DNA of 17,524 nucleotides from Leptospirales bacterium (GTDB taxonomy: Bacteria > Spirochaetota > Leptospiria > Turneriellales > JAOUFE01). Numbering within the stretch: position 1 is the stretch's first letter; every line of letters starts with the position of its first letter. A program made the position numbers and the translations under genes. Below are positions 1 to 10,136 of the stretch, one piece after another. The stretch covers positions 6,737 to 24,260 of the forward strand of contig JBEQLE010000067.1 in assembly GCA_040326155.1 (NCBI GenBank), given 5' to 3'. The notes under the pieces were generated by a model that worked only from the letters and a program-made list of their open reading frames with translations, made no database searches and was not told the DNA's origin.

Positions 1-224
1 CTTAAATCCACCACTACCTTCAATGGTAAATCACTAAGTTTTCCTCTTAACTCTACTTCCCTATCTTTATCTTCATCAAATTTAATTTTAAAACTATCCA
101 AAGATTGACCTACATCTTCCAAGAATTCTTTGGCAATTACCAGTTTTTCTTCATTCTCTAATTCACTCCATGTGTCAGAGTCTCGATCAGCATACGGTGC
201 AAATTTTTCATTCCACTTCGACAT
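1..224 (-). CDS. Hypothetical acidic protein, N-terminal part only (runs off the window's left edge)
   Basis: Read manually, absent from the ORF track. ATG at 224 is preceded by SD-like AAAGGA 7-8 nt upstream. The frame is open to the window edge: MSKWNEKFAPYADRDSDTWSELENEEKLVIAKEFLEDVGQSLDSFKIKFDEDKDREVELRGKLSDLPLKVVVDL... Confidence 0.75.
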   Translation of the reverse strand, partial: MSKWNEKFAPYADRDSDTWSELENEEKLVIAKEFLEDVGQSLDSFKIKFDEDKDREVELRGKLSDLPLKVVVDL

Positions 225-340
225 AATATTTTCCTTTCATCCATTCCTATTTTTTTTTACTTATAATTTACAATATGTTTGTTGTAAACAAAAATTTATA
301 AGTTTATTGAAATTGGCAAAAGAAAGAGAAAACTGACTGC

Positions 341-463
341 AAGGAATTCAGGAAGTAAGGAAATTAGGAACGGAAGACAAGGAATATTTGAAAAGAAGGA
401 AGAAAATCTCATCGCTCTCCATAATCAAACTCTATTCCTATATTCCTTACACTCTTTTCCTAC
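341..463. repeat. AGGAA tandem repeat (8-nt period) with inverted TTCCT counterpart
   Basis: GGA starts at 343, 351, 359 and 367 (exact 8-nt period), with further copies at 372, 381 and 398. gtaaggaaattaggaa (355-370) matches the reverse complement of ttcctatattccttac (435-450) at 14/16 positions. Confidence 0.65.
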
Positions 464-492
464 ATAATACGATAATTCATAGTATAGCTCAA
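464..492 (-). promoter_or_regulatory. Putative sigma70 promoter for the left-edge gene
   Basis: Minus strand reads TTGAGC-N17-TATTAT (-35 at 487-492, -10 at 464-469). Confidence 0.4.
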
Positions 493-564
493 TTTTTTGA
501 GTTCAGCGCGTAAACCTGTAAACCGTGTCAAGTTTACCTAGCGTTAAATCCGATATTTTTATAG

Positions 565-765
565 ATGAGTAACGGCGAAACAAAAGAAAGATTTAATTTA
601 AAATCTCTTGAAGAACAACCACGTATTAGAAACAATGTGGGTCCATTGGTGCATGAACCCACAAAAAACAAGACGAAAGGATTGTTACTCTTTGACAACA
701 GGCGTATTCGTCATCTGGAACGAATGATCGACCTGTTTCATACGTTATTTCAAAATAACAAATAA
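565..765 (+). CDS. Small hypothetical protein (66 aa)
   Basis: ATG-started ORF filling the intergenic gap and ending 13 nt from the convergent nrdJ stop. No recognisable motif and no clear SD. Confidence 0.4.
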   Translation: MSNGETKERFNLKSLEEQPRIRNNVGPLVHEPTKNKTKGLLLFDNRRIRHLERMIDLFHTLFQNNK

Positions 766-778
766 AGATGGTAAGGTT

Positions 779-3700
779 TTAAGAGCAACCGGTTGTCGAC
801 CCACAGGTGTCACATTTCAGACAAGACCCGTTTCGCACAAGCGTCCAAGAGTTACATTCGCTACAAGCCTGACCTTCATAACCCTTCATTTTGGCTTCTT
901 GAGCAGAAGTTCTTTGCATTAGCATTTGGTTACTACCATGGCTGACTTTGGCTGTAGTTAAAACCGGGCTGCCTTCTGGCATTTTCGACGGTTTATCTAC
1001 GGAATCTCTTGCCACTCTATTATCTTCACTGGATATATTCTTTTCACTAATTAACACTTCAGGCGACACATGGGCAAGGTCGTCTCTACCAAGGTAGTTG
1101 ATTGCTAATTCTCTGAAAACGTAATCCATAACCGAAGTAGTCATTTTTATACGGTCGTGACCGGTAACAATACCGTTTGGTTCGAATCGTGTAAAAGCAA
1201 ATGCGTCGACAAATTCTTCAAGAGGAACGCCGTATTGCAACCCGAGTGAAATGGCAATGGCAAAACCGTTCATAATGCTGCGAAAAGCCGCTCCCTCTTT
1301 GTACATATCGAGAAAGATCTCTCCGAGTTTTCCGTCATCATATTCGCCCGTTCTAATATAAATTTTGTGTCCGGCAATAACACCTTTTTGCGTATATCCG
1401 GTTCGTTTTTGCGGTAGTCTTCGGCGTTTTTTCAACAACCCTTCTGCAAGTTTTTCAGCAACTTTTTCTGCTTTTTCAATGGATGACATTTCGGTAAGTT
1501 CACTGGCATCAATACCATGGAAAATATTTTCACCCAGAGCCGATAGCGGTTGAGAAAGTTTTGACCCGTCCCGGTATATGGTAGTACTTTTCAACATGAG
1601 TTTCCACGAAGTCAGGTATACCGATTTAACATCTTCCACTGAAACATCGTGAGGCATATTAATCGTTTTAGAAATTGCCCCTGACACAAACGGCTGGGCT
1701 GCCGCCATTACGTGAATATGAGCTTCATAGGGTATGTATCGTTGTCCTTTTTTGCCGCATTTGCTGGCGCAATCGAAGACACTGAGGTGTTCTTCTTTTA
1801 TACCCGGAGCCCCTTCAATTGTCATAGTACCGCAAAGCGTTTCAGAAGCGATATCAATTTGTTCCTGGGTAAACCCCAGGTGCAGTAACAAGTTAAAATA
1901 AGGTTGTTCTAAAATCTCTTTCTCAACTGCGAGGTTATTTATTAAGAAATCTTCTCCTAATAGACCAGTGTTAAAAACGTAGTTTAAATCGAACGCCGTT
2001 GGAATATTTTTTTCCATTTTTTGAATAACCGCGTCCGTAAAACCGCGCTCTTTAAGCGTCTCGTTGTTAATATAAGGAGAGCCTTCAAAAGTTCCTGTTC
2101 CTACAAGATATTCTTGAATTAATTTAATTTCACCAGAGTTATACCCAAGGTTTTGTAAAGCTCCTGAAACAGATTTATTTACAATTTTAAAGTAACCGCC
2201 TCCGGCTAGTTTTTTAAACTTAACCAGAGCAAAGTCTGGTTCAATACCGGTCGTATCGCAATCCATAATTAAACCGATGGTACCGGTTGGCGCAATTGCG
2301 GTTGTCTGGGCGTTTCGAAACCCATTCTTCTCTCCGAGTTCCTGCGCTTCGTCCCATGACTTCTGGGCAGCTTTAAGAAGGTAATCGGGGGTATCTGCTT
2401 CAAACAGACCTACAGGTGGAATACTTAAACCTTCGTATTCTGCCGGAGCAGCGTTATAAGCGGCTCTTCTATGATTTCGAATAACTCTAAGCATGTGCAG
2501 GCGATTGTTGCTGTAACCTGCAAAGGGTCCCAGCTCTTTAGCCATCTCTGTGGAGGTTTTGTAAGCTACGCCGGTTAAAATAGAGGTCAATACACCCGTT
2601 ATCGAGTTTGCCTTTTTGGAGTGATACGGTATGCCCATGATCATTAATAATGACCCTATGTTCGCATAACCCAACCCAAGAGTACGGAATTTAAAAGAGA
2701 GTTCGGCAATTTTTTGAGAAGGAAACTGGGCCATTAAAACAGAAATTTCCAGCACGACTGTCCATACACGAATCGCGTGTATATAAGAATCGACATTAAA
2801 TATATTACTGTCCTGGTTGTAGAATTTTCTCAGGTTTAAAGACGCCAGATTACACGCCGTATCATCTATAAACATATATTCACTGCAAGGGTTCGAAGCG
2901 TTAATGAGCCCGTCTTCGGGACAGGTATGCCACTCATTTATAGTAGTATCGAATTGAACTCCAGGGTCAGCAGATGTCCACGCTGCGGTACTTACTTTTT
3001 CGAATAAATCGCGAGCTTGTACCGTTTTAAAGCTTTGCCCTGTTTTTCGGTTATTTAACGACCATGATCTGTTATCTTCTACCGCTTTTAGAAACAAATT
3101 GCTTAAGCGAACCGAGTTGTTTGAATTTTGCCCGGTTACTGTTGCATAGGCTTCGCTGTTGTAATCGATATCAAACTCATCAAAGGCTATTTCGGTATAA
3201 CCTTGTTTTGCAAGTTCGATAATTCGCTGGGCGTAACTTTCGGGTATGTAATGCAGTTTAATTTCTTTTAATACTTCTTTAAATTTTGCGTTGTTTTCAG
3301 GGTCAAGCAATTCGGGGTTTTTATCTGCGCCCACAATTGAAGTTAATAATTTTGTCATAGTGTTTTTAAGCACTCTGGACCCGGCCACTAAAGCAGCCAC
3401 TTTGTTTTCTTCTTTAACTTTCCATTCGATAAATTCTTCAATATCTGGATGATCTATATCGAGAGTAACCATTTTGGCCGCTCGTCTGGTAGTTCCACCA
3501 GATTTAATTGCTCCGGCTGCGGCGTCTCCAATTTTCAGGAAGCTCATTAAGCCTGAACTTTTTCCGCCACCAGAAAGAGGTTCGTCTTTGCCTCTTATTT
3601 TAGAAAAATTGCTTCCGGTTCCAGAACCATATTTAAAAAGCCTGCCTTCTCGCATCCATAGGTCCATAATTCCACCCGGGTTTACAAGGTCGTCTTCTAC

Positions 3701-4309
3701 AGACTGGATAAAACATGCATGAGGTTGTGGGTGTTCATATGCAGATTTCGACTTGACCATTTTTCCTGTGCTTTGGTCGACATAGTAGTGGCCCTGCGAA
3801 GGACCGTCGATTCCATACGCCCAGTGTAAGCCTGTGTTAAACCACTGTGGAGAATTTGGAGCTCCCATCTGGTTAATTAACATATGCATAAGTTCTCCGT
3901 AAAAAACTCGTGCATCTTCTTCGGTATTAAAATAACTATTTTTAAAACCCCAGTAGGTCCATGTACCGGCCATGCGGTGCATAACTTGTTTGGCGCTGGT
4001 TTCTCTTTCGTATCGTTCTTCTTCTGGTATTTTGCTCAAGGCTTCGGTATCGGGTTCGCATTTTTGCAACCATTCGGGAACGTTTTCTTCTTGAATCTTT
4101 TTTAAGAATTTAGGAATGCCGGCTTTTCTAAGGTATTTTTGGGCTAATATATCGGTTGCGACTTGTGACCAGAAAGAGGGGACTTCAACATCGTTTGCTT
4201 CGAAGATTAGAGTCCCGTCGGGGTTTCGAATCATGGATGTTCTTTTTTCAAATAAGATATCTTTATAAATTTCTCCGCTGGATGGGGTAAATAGCCGCTT
4301 AAATTTCAT
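779..4309 (-). CDS. nrdJ: Vitamin B12-dependent (class II) ribonucleotide reductase with C-terminal TSCPD-like domain and Cys4 zinc ribbon
   Basis: Catalytic motifs [26 protein letters not shown] and IAPTGTI. Typical class II N-terminus ([24 protein letters not shown]). C-terminal CSEC...[22 protein letters not shown] upstream. Confidence 0.97.
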   Translation of the reverse strand: MKFKRLFTPSSGEIYKDILFEKRTSMIRNPDGTLIFEANDVEVPSFWSQVATDILAQKYLRKAGIPKFLKKIQEENVPEWLQKCEPDTEALSKIPEEERYERETSAKQVMHRMAGTWTYWGFKNSYFNTEEDARVFYGELMHMLINQMGAPNSPQWFNTGLHWAYGIDGPSQGHYYVDQSTGKMVKSKSAYEHPQPHACFIQSVEDDLVNPGGIMDLWMREGRLFKYGSGTGSNFSKIRGKDEPLSGGGKSSGLMSFLKIGDAAAGAIKSGGTTRRAAKMVTLDIDHPDIEEFIEWKVKEENKVAALVAGSRVLKNTMTKLLTSIVGADKNPELLDPENNAKFKEVLKEIKLHYIPESYAQRIIELAKQGYTEIAFDEFDIDYNSEAYATVTGQNSNNSVRLSNLFLKAVEDNRSWSLNNRKTGQSFKTVQARDLFEKVSTAAWTSADPGVQFDTTINEWHTCPEDGLINASNPCSEYMFIDDTACNLASLNLRKFYNQDSNIFNVDSYIHAIRVWTVVLEISVLMAQFPSQKIAELSFKFRTLGLGYANIGSLLMIMGIPYHSKKANSITGVLTSILTGVAYKTSTEMAKELGPFAGYSNNRLHMLRVIRNHRRAAYNAAPAEYEGLSIPPVGLFEADTPDYLLKAAQKSWDEAQELGEKNGFRNAQTTAIAPTGTIGLIMDCDTTGIEPDFALVKFKKLAGGGYFKIVNKSVSGALQNLGYNSGEIKLIQEYLVGTGTFEGSPYINNETLKERGFTDAVIQKMEKNIPTAFDLNYVFNTGLLGEDFLINNLAVEKEILEQPYFNLLLHLGFTQEQIDIASETLCGTMTIEGAPGIKEEHLSVFDCASKCGKKGQRYIPYEAHIHVMAAAQPFVSGAISKTINMPHDVSVEDVKSVYLTSWKLMLKSTTIYRDGSKLSQPLSALGENIFHGIDASELTEMSSIEKAEKVAEKLAEGLLKKRRRLPQKRTGYTQKGVIAGHKIYIRTGEYDDGKLGEIFLDMYKEGAAFRSIMNGFAIAISLGLQYGVPLEEFVDAFAFTRFEPNGIVTGHDRIKMTTSVMDYVFRELAINYLGRDDLAHVSPEVLISEKNISSEDNRVARDSVDKPSKMPEGSPVLTTAKVSHGSNQMLMQRTSAQEAKMKGYEGQACSECNSWTLVRNGSCLKCDTCGSTTGCS

Positions 4310-4407
4310 TTTGTCCTCTTATTCAACTTAGATTATGTCACATTTATATTCCGGGTTTTTGACAATTATCGACAGGTTTTGTGTATGTTATACGAAGCCC
4401 GGAGGGA

Positions 4408-4436
4408 AACTTATATAAACAAATTCACCGTGTCAA
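4408..4436 (-). promoter_or_regulatory. Putative sigma70 promoter of nrdJ
   Basis: Minus strand reads TTGACA (4431-4436)-N17-TAAGTT (4408-4413), about 100 nt upstream of the start codon. Confidence 0.55.
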
Positions 4437-4541
4437 ATTTCTTTTTTATTTTATATTATTGATCGTTATTTTTTTACAAAGAGCTATTTTTCATCTTTTT
4501 TGTATAAAAACCTCGTTATGTATAATTTCGACAGCAAAAAT

Positions 4542-7124
4542 CTATACATCGGGCGAAAAATTTATCAGTTCTTCGGGTTTATGGATGGCATAACCCTGGC
4601 CGTAATCGATTCCAAGCTGTGTTACTTTTTCAACCAAATCGTCATTTTCGACATACTCTGCGACGGTTTTTAATTTCATTACGTGGCCAATTTCATTGAT
4701 CGATTCAAGCATGGCAAGCTCAGTAGGGTCGTTTAAAACATTTTTTACAAAGCTTCCATCAATTTTCAACAGGTCAACCGGTAAATTTTTAAGGTAGCCG
4801 AGCGACGAGACGCCTGTACCAAAATCGTCCAGGGCAAAGCTGGAGCCGAGTGTTTTCATCTCTTCCATGAACCGTCTGGCGTTGTTGAAATTGCTGATGG
4901 CAGTATTCTCGGTAATTTCAAAACAAAAGTTTTCAGGGTTTAGCCCGTAAATGGAAAATTGCTCTTTTACAAATAAGAACAGCATGTCATCGTCGAGTGA
5001 TTTACCCGTAAGGTTGATTGAAAATACAGCATTTTCATATTGTTGTTTCGTAAAATTACCGGCAATGGTTTTCAAGGTATTTTGAATAACCCACCGGTCG
5101 ATTTCAGGCATAATATTGTAACGTTCGGCGGCGGCAATAAAGTCGATCGGGTAAATAATTTCCCCTTTTTCCGATTGCATTCTAAGTAGTACTTCGTAAT
5201 GAGGCTTTTGTTTCGGATCTACCAGAGGGTGAATTTTTTGATAAAAAAGTTTGAACTCATTTTTTTCTATGGCGTTTTTAATCGAGCTTATCCATTTCAT
5301 TTCACCGTGTTTTTTTAGATACTCTTTATCGCCCCCGATATAGGCATGAATTCGGTTTCGGCCCAGCTCTTTTGCCGTAGAACAAGCGATGTCGGCCATG
5401 CTCATAATCTGCGATGCGCTTATATTGTGAGGCTCAATGGGCACCATTCCGATACAGGCGCCAATCTGGTGATTTCGTTTTCCCGAGGTAAATCGGTAGT
5501 TTCGGATACTTGCCAGTATTTCTTCGGCCAGTGGCATGGTCTGTTTCGGCGATATTCCATATTTTATAATACCAAATTCATCTCCGCCTAGCCTGGCAAA
5601 AATGGTGTCGGTTCCAAGCAACAACTGGATGCGTGAACAGAGTTGTTTTAAAAGATCATCACCGGCGGCGTGTCCGTAAAGATCATTGATGACTTTGAAC
5701 TGGTCGAGGTCTATATAGAGCATAACAGATGTAATTTCTTCTTTGTGACTAACCACAAGAGCCTTACCCAGATGCTTCTCAAACTCCCTTCGGTTTAATA
5801 ACCCGGTAAGTGAATCGTGGGAAGCCTGCCAGGAGAGTATTTGCGCAAGAGTTCTTGATTCGGTTACGTCGTGAATAACCAGTACAATACCCTGAACGGT
5901 TCCATTTTGACCTTCCAACGGCGAAGTGTTAAATTCAATGGGAACTTTATCCCCGTCACGGTTTATTAAAAATGCGGGTTTTTCCATGTGATACATAAGG
6001 CTCTCTTTTTTCAGAGACTTTTTGACAACATCGGGAACTAACTCTTCACTTTCCTCGTATCTAATCGTTAAAATTTCTTTTAATTGCATTCCTTCACATT
6101 CAGTGAAATGCCACCCCGTAATTTGTTCTGCCATGGGGTTTAAGTATTCGATATTACCGTCAATGTCTGTACTGATTACGGCGTCACCGATTGAGTTCAA
6201 GGTTACCTCGGCTCGCATTTTTCGTTCGAATAAGACCTCTTCAATTTGTAAACGCTGCGTAATATCTTTACAAAAAAGGGCTACTTTATCGAGGTTGCCA
6301 ACTTCAAGTGGGCAGATTTGTATCGACACAGGTAGTCGTCGCCGATTTTTTTTTATTAAAAAGCTTTGCATTTGAACAACACTATCTTTACCAGTTTTCA
6401 ATATAGAATAGTATTTTTTCCAGTGAGCTTTTACACCGGTAGTAATTTTATAAATGGGCCTTATTTTCAAGTCAGCCTCGGAATAACCGAGTACTTTTTT
6501 GAAGGTGGCATTGGCGCTGAGTATTTTTCCACTGAATGAATCGACAATGGCAATAAGTTCCGGCGAAGAGTCATACATTCGGCGAAGGGTTTCGGGGTCG
6601 TTCCCTGTTTTTGGCTTTAGAATAAGAGCCTGAGAGTTCAGTGTTTCAATTCTCTGGTTCATAACCTGCATTAAAGGCGTAAACAACTCGAAATAATTGA
6701 CACCTTTTTCCGGCGAGCGGGCGCTCCAGAGTAAGGCATAACTATTTTTATTCAGGTAAAATAGAACTCCAAAAGAGTAGGCTGTTAAGTCCCAGGGTAT
6801 GTCAGGAAATATTTTTTTAAGGGCGCTTTTTGTAAATTTTCCGGGTTCAGGCTTTTTTTTCAGGGAAGTTTTGGCATTCGACACTTCTTCTATTTTTTTT
6901 CCGTATGACTTTAATTTCAGTACATCTTTACTACCGTTTGGTGTAAATAAATATACCGATTCAAAAGGCCCGGTTTTGGTTAGTTTGTTGAAAACTCCGG
7001 TAAGCAAACGAGCGACAGAACCACTTTGACCCGCTTCAATAGAAAGCTTATGCATCTGCACGATTAGTTTTGGCGTATCCATTTTATTTACCAATTGGTT
7101 TAAATCTACTTTGTTTACCATCAA
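4542..7124 (-). CDS. PAS-PAS-GGDEF-EAL diguanylate cyclase/phosphodiesterase
   Basis: Two PAS-like segments (e.g. TLNSIGDAVISTDIDGNIEYLNP), HDSLTGLLNRR, RLGGDEF, EVLLRM, DDFGTG, LKIDGSFV, AEYVE and QGY. The real start may be ATG at 7121. Confidence 0.95.
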   Translation of the reverse strand: MMVNKVDLNQLVNKMDTPKLIVQMHKLSIEAGQSGSVARLLTGVFNKLTKTGPFESVYLFTPNGSKDVLKLKSYGKKIEEVSNAKTSLKKKPEPGKFTKSALKKIFPDIPWDLTAYSFGVLFYLNKNSYALLWSARSPEKGVNYFELFTPLMQVMNQRIETLNSQALILKPKTGNDPETLRRMYDSSPELIAIVDSFSGKILSANATFKKVLGYSEADLKIRPIYKITTGVKAHWKKYYSILKTGKDSVVQMQSFLIKKNRRRLPVSIQICPLEVGNLDKVALFCKDITQRLQIEEVLFERKMRAEVTLNSIGDAVISTDIDGNIEYLNPMAEQITGWHFTECEGMQLKEILTIRYEESEELVPDVVKKSLKKESLMYHMEKPAFLINRDGDKVPIEFNTSPLEGQNGTVQGIVLVIHDVTESRTLAQILSWQASHDSLTGLLNRREFEKHLGKALVVSHKEEITSVMLYIDLDQFKVINDLYGHAAGDDLLKQLCSRIQLLLGTDTIFARLGGDEFGIIKYGISPKQTMPLAEEILASIRNYRFTSGKRNHQIGACIGMVPIEPHNISASQIMSMADIACSTAKELGRNRIHAYIGGDKEYLKKHGEMKWISSIKNAIEKNEFKLFYQKIHPLVDPKQKPHYEVLLRMQSEKGEIIYPIDFIAAAERYNIMPEIDRWVIQNTLKTIAGNFTKQQYENAVFSINLTGKSLDDDMLFLFVKEQFSIYGLNPENFCFEITENTAISNFNNARRFMEEMKTLGSSFALDDFGTGVSSLGYLKNLPVDLLKIDGSFVKNVLNDPTELAMLESINEIGHVMKLKTVAEYVENDDLVEKVTQLGIDYGQGYAIHKPEELINFSPDV

Positions 7125-7170
7125 CGTTTCCTATCGATGAATAGACCCTCGCTTGATGTTGTCAACATAT

Positions 7171-8358
7171 TTACATTTTTTTTCTGCGCATTACGTGTAT
7201 ACCCGAACCGATGCAGGCAGATATAAAGACCGCCTCAGCTAACCAACCGATTATGGGTATAAACCGAATAAAAACTATTCCGAGGTAGATGCCATACCCT
7301 GTTATAAAAATTCGCTTGCGGCTCCACTCTTTGCCGAGTCTGTTTTGCAACCAGTACGTTGCCATAATTGCCGATATTGGTCGGGCAAACATAAACGTCA
7401 GGGTATAAACAAAGGCAAATACAACGGCAAAAGGAAAGGCTACAACCGTGATCGCAAGAATTACAATTAAAATCGGGAAAACAATAAAATAGAGAATGCC
7501 CGTGCCAAAACTGGCGAGAAATTTTTCTTTCAGGTAAACAGAGCTCTCTTTGAAGAAGGTTCCAAAAATTCGGTTTAAAAGATAAATCGTGAAGGCACTT
7601 GAAGCCAGCCAAAGCAAAATAAAAATGATAATAAATTTGTATGGTGGTTTAAATGTTTGTTCTAATTCAGCGCTATATCTGGCTTCGCCCGCTATTACAC
7701 TTTTACCAAAGTCAACGTCATTTTCACTCCAATATTCAACGTCGGAATAAAAACGCGCCTGAGGGTCAATTTTTAGCTGGTTTGAACCTATCGTTGCCTT
7801 TCCGTGAATCGACCCGATTATTGTGGTATTTCCAGCCTGTAATTTCAGCTCTTTACCGGTTTCTCCTGCAAGTACAACGTCCCCGCCGACAATAAAGACA
7901 GAACCGTTAATTTTTCCGTAAATTTTTATGTCGCCACCGGCAATATAAAGATCGCCTTTTATCAGTGAGTTCTTCTCTATAACCAGATCACCTGCTGCGA
8001 CAAAGACATCGCCGTCTATTGTGCCTGTAATGGAGCCCGTCTTACCCAAAAGGTGAATGTCGTCCCCAACATTTGATACTATTTTTACCTCACTACCTAT
8101 AATATTCAGGTCACCACTCACACCGGATGTTACAGTGATTACCTTGCCCACAAGGTTCGCGTCGCCTTGAATTATACTTATTACGGTTACATTATCGCTA
8201 GCGGCGTATAAGTCTTCGCCCAGCATTTCGTCAATGGTTACATTTTTACCGGTTTTTATTTCGGAGGCATATAAGGGATACCCGAAAGCCATGAAAGCTG
8301 TTATTAAGAAAGCAAGACTGATTTTATAATACCACAACAAATTATTATTTTTAAACAT
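7171..8358 (-). CDS. Membrane protein with polymer-forming cytoskeletal (bactofilin-like) beta-helix repeats and C-terminal TM bundle
   Basis: N-terminal signal/TM segment, repeated (I/V)xGD(L/V)xxxG units (IQGDANLVG, VSGDLNIIG, IDGDVFVAAG, IKGDLYIAGG), then about 4-5 hydrophobic helices. SD AAAGGAG. Confidence 0.8.
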   Translation of the reverse strand: MFKNNNLLWYYKISLAFLITAFMAFGYPLYASEIKTGKNVTIDEMLGEDLYAASDNVTVISIIQGDANLVGKVITVTSGVSGDLNIIGSEVKIVSNVGDDIHLLGKTGSITGTIDGDVFVAAGDLVIEKNSLIKGDLYIAGGDIKIYGKINGSVFIVGGDVVLAGETGKELKLQAGNTTIIGSIHGKATIGSNQLKIDPQARFYSDVEYWSENDVDFGKSVIAGEARYSAELEQTFKPPYKFIIIFILLWLASSAFTIYLLNRIFGTFFKESSVYLKEKFLASFGTGILYFIVFPILIVILAITVVAFPFAVVFAFVYTLTFMFARPISAIMATYWLQNRLGKEWSRKRIFITGYGIYLGIVFIRFIPIIGWLAEAVFISACIGSGIHVMRRKKM

Positions 8359-8505
8359 CCGGTTACTCCTTTCAAACTTATAGCCCTGTACTGTTCATAG
8401 TAATGAAACTTTGTTCTTAATATAAGAAGAATACAATAAGATTACAAGTTATTTTACTTGGAATTTTGGGTTTTTGCGTTAGTCGCCATATAACTTCGCT
8501 GTCTA

Positions 8506-9417
8506 TTATGAGAGTAACCCTGCTCTTTTATACCTTTGTATTTGAGTGGCGTTTGCCTGCACACCTCCCGAGTGTACAAAGATAACTGTTTTATCGTCAA
8601 ACAACTTTTGGTTATTTTTCACGGCCAACCAGGCGATGGTATCGTATAATAGGTCAAACTCAATAGAGGCATGCAGCAAAGTTGTATACATGTCGTATAT
8701 TTTTTTTGAGGGATGAGCGAAATGAACCGGCGTTTTCGGAATTATTATTTCTGGATTATGTTTGGGCGGTCCGTAAGATAGAAATTGCTCCAGCAGGTAG
8801 TCGACAGAACCCACACATGGTACCGTATAAACGCACTGTTTTGGAAGGTGTTTTTGCAGATAATATGCCGTTGTTCCGGTTCCCGCCGAAAGGACTACAG
8901 CCAGGTTTTTCATTTTCTTTTTTTCAATAAACGATTGTATTTCGTCGGCTAAAATTTTAATACCCGGTTCGGACAAAGAACACGCGCCCCCCTGGGGTAT
9001 GACGAGGGTTCCGGGTTCGATCAGTTCAGATTTCAGATTTCTTTTTAGGTGTTCTATAATGTCGTTGTAATCTACAGCCGATTTCGTGTGCAAATTCATT
9101 GCGTTATGAAGGGCGAAAGCGAGGTTGCCGATGGGTTTATCTTGCAACCATTTTGGCAGGGTTTTGGTATAGTAAACAAATTCCCATCCTTTGGTTTTGC
9201 ATACCCAGGAGAGGGCGTGCATAGCATTCGATTGAGCTCCTCCCCACGAGGTTACTCTGGTAACTTTGTTAGAAGGAGTTTGGACAAGTGAATAAAATTT
9301 TCGAGCTTTGTTTCCATTTAAAATCGGATGAATTAAATCGTCTCGTAGTACAAAGTATTCTTGGTTATTCAGGTGAAATGGGTCAAAGCGGGCGGGGTGT
9401 TTAGATGAAGTGAACAT
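8506..9417 (-). CDS. PLP-dependent ACC deaminase / D-cysteine desulfhydrase family protein
   Basis: RDDLIHPILNGNKARK (PLP lysine), GGAQSNAM, SAGTGTT, EFDLLYD and HSGG motifs. Start placed at ATG 9417 because the longer GTG start (9444) lies at the edge of a terminator hairpin. Confidence 0.88.
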   Translation of the reverse strand: MFTSSKHPARFDPFHLNNQEYFVLRDDLIHPILNGNKARKFYSLVQTPSNKVTRVTSWGGAQSNAMHALSWVCKTKGWEFVYYTKTLPKWLQDKPIGNLAFALHNAMNLHTKSAVDYNDIIEHLKRNLKSELIEPGTLVIPQGGACSLSEPGIKILADEIQSFIEKKKMKNLAVVLSAGTGTTAYYLQKHLPKQCVYTVPCVGSVDYLLEQFLSYGPPKHNPEIIIPKTPVHFAHPSKKIYDMYTTLLHASIEFDLLYDTIAWLAVKNNQKLFDDKTVIFVHSGGVQANATQIQRYKRAGLLS

Positions 9418-9443
9418 AAAAAATGGGCCGGTAAACCGGCCCA
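9416..9443 (-). terminator. Rho-independent terminator after the 175-aa gene
   Basis: Stem TGGGCCGG (9424-9431)/CCGGCCCA (9436-9443) with a 4-nt loop, followed on the minus strand by TTTTTAT. Confidence 0.7.
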
Positions 9444-9460
9444 CGTAATGAGAAGTGAAA

Positions 9461-9988
9461 TTAGGCGTCTTTAAATTCTACAAGTTTTCTACGAAGAACT
9501 TTTTCATCGGACAGGATTAATTTCAAGATCGCCGGTTTGGTGATCCTTTTTTTGTTTTCGAAATTCAAAATCCGTGTCGCAATATTTATTCTACGACGAA
9601 TTGCTTGAATAGACGGAATGGAGCGAGTGAAATGCTTCGCTAATTCCCTATCTGTCATTTTCTCATTTTCATCAAGGAACTCTTTCAATTCATCTTTTGA
9701 CCAGGCGCGGACTCGACCTGAGCTATAATTATACTCATCGAATCTTTTTCTGGTTCTTTCTTGGTGATTTTTTTGTTTTACAGCCTTCCAGTAGGGGTGA
9801 CGATTTCGGGCGTATGAAATGTCCGCTATCGTGAACTCAGTTTGAGACAACCACTCTTTGGTTGCTTTGGCTTTGTCCCTCTGGGGCAATTTACTTTTTA
9901 CTGACTGGTCTATATACTCAGCTGGTGTTTTAGAAGCGAGTAATTTTTTGACTTTTTGACGAATCAACGTTTCTTTTAACTTATTCAT
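9461..9988 (-). CDS. Basic hypothetical protein with HTH/Myb-like segment, putative DNA-binding
   Basis: 175-aa Lys/Arg-rich ORF with SD GAAGGAAG, its own promoter and a terminator. WSKDELKEFLDENEKMTDRELAKHFTRSIPSIQAIRRR resembles a three-helix HTH. Confidence 0.8.
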   Translation of the reverse strand: MNKLKETLIRQKVKKLLASKTPAEYIDQSVKSKLPQRDKAKATKEWLSQTEFTIADISYARNRHPYWKAVKQKNHQERTRKRFDEYNYSSGRVRAWSKDELKEFLDENEKMTDRELAKHFTRSIPSIQAIRRRINIATRILNFENKKRITKPAILKLILSDEKVLRRKLVEFKDA

Positions 9989-10018
9989 GTTGCTTCCTTC
10001 TTGTTGACAGTTTCCATC

Positions 10019-10047
10019 ACAATATACTTTTTAAAGTATGCTGTCAA
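10019..10047 (-). promoter_or_regulatory. Putative sigma70 promoter of the 175-aa gene
   Basis: Minus strand reads TTGACA (10042-10047)-N17-TATTGT (10019-10024). Confidence 0.6.
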
Positions 10048-10136
10048 GGATAACCGTTAAGTGCCACATGTCATAAGTCTTACATAATGTAAAATATTTT
10101 TCTCGACACAGCGTCGCCTATTCAATATTAGACTTA

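Noticed and set aside
130..336. 68-aa + strand ORF
   Set aside because: TTG start, Phe/Ser-rich, and antisense to the better-supported minus-strand gene at 1-224.
341..463. CRISPR array
   Set aside because: Repeat units are about 8 nt with no unique spacers, and there are no cas genes.
779..4309. Intein or intron in the ribonucleotide reductase
   Set aside because: No intein splice motifs (C...HN-C/S/T) or LAGLIDADG blocks seen, and the catalytic motifs lie in one uninterrupted frame.
4310..4540. Cobalamin riboswitch or NrdR boxes upstream of nrdJ
   Set aside because: No B12-box core on the coding strand. The best NrdR-like stretches (e.g. acatttatattccggg) match the consensus poorly.
4381..4593. 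70-aa + strand ORF upstream of nrdJ
   Set aside because: Covers the AT-rich nrdJ promoter region and overlaps the GGDEF-EAL gene end. Its hydrophobicity reflects T-runs.
7156..7168. Palindrome ATGTTG-T-CAACAT overlapping a TTGACA upstream of the GGDEF-EAL gene
   Set aside because: No good -10 at proper spacing and too short to support as a promoter or operator on its own.
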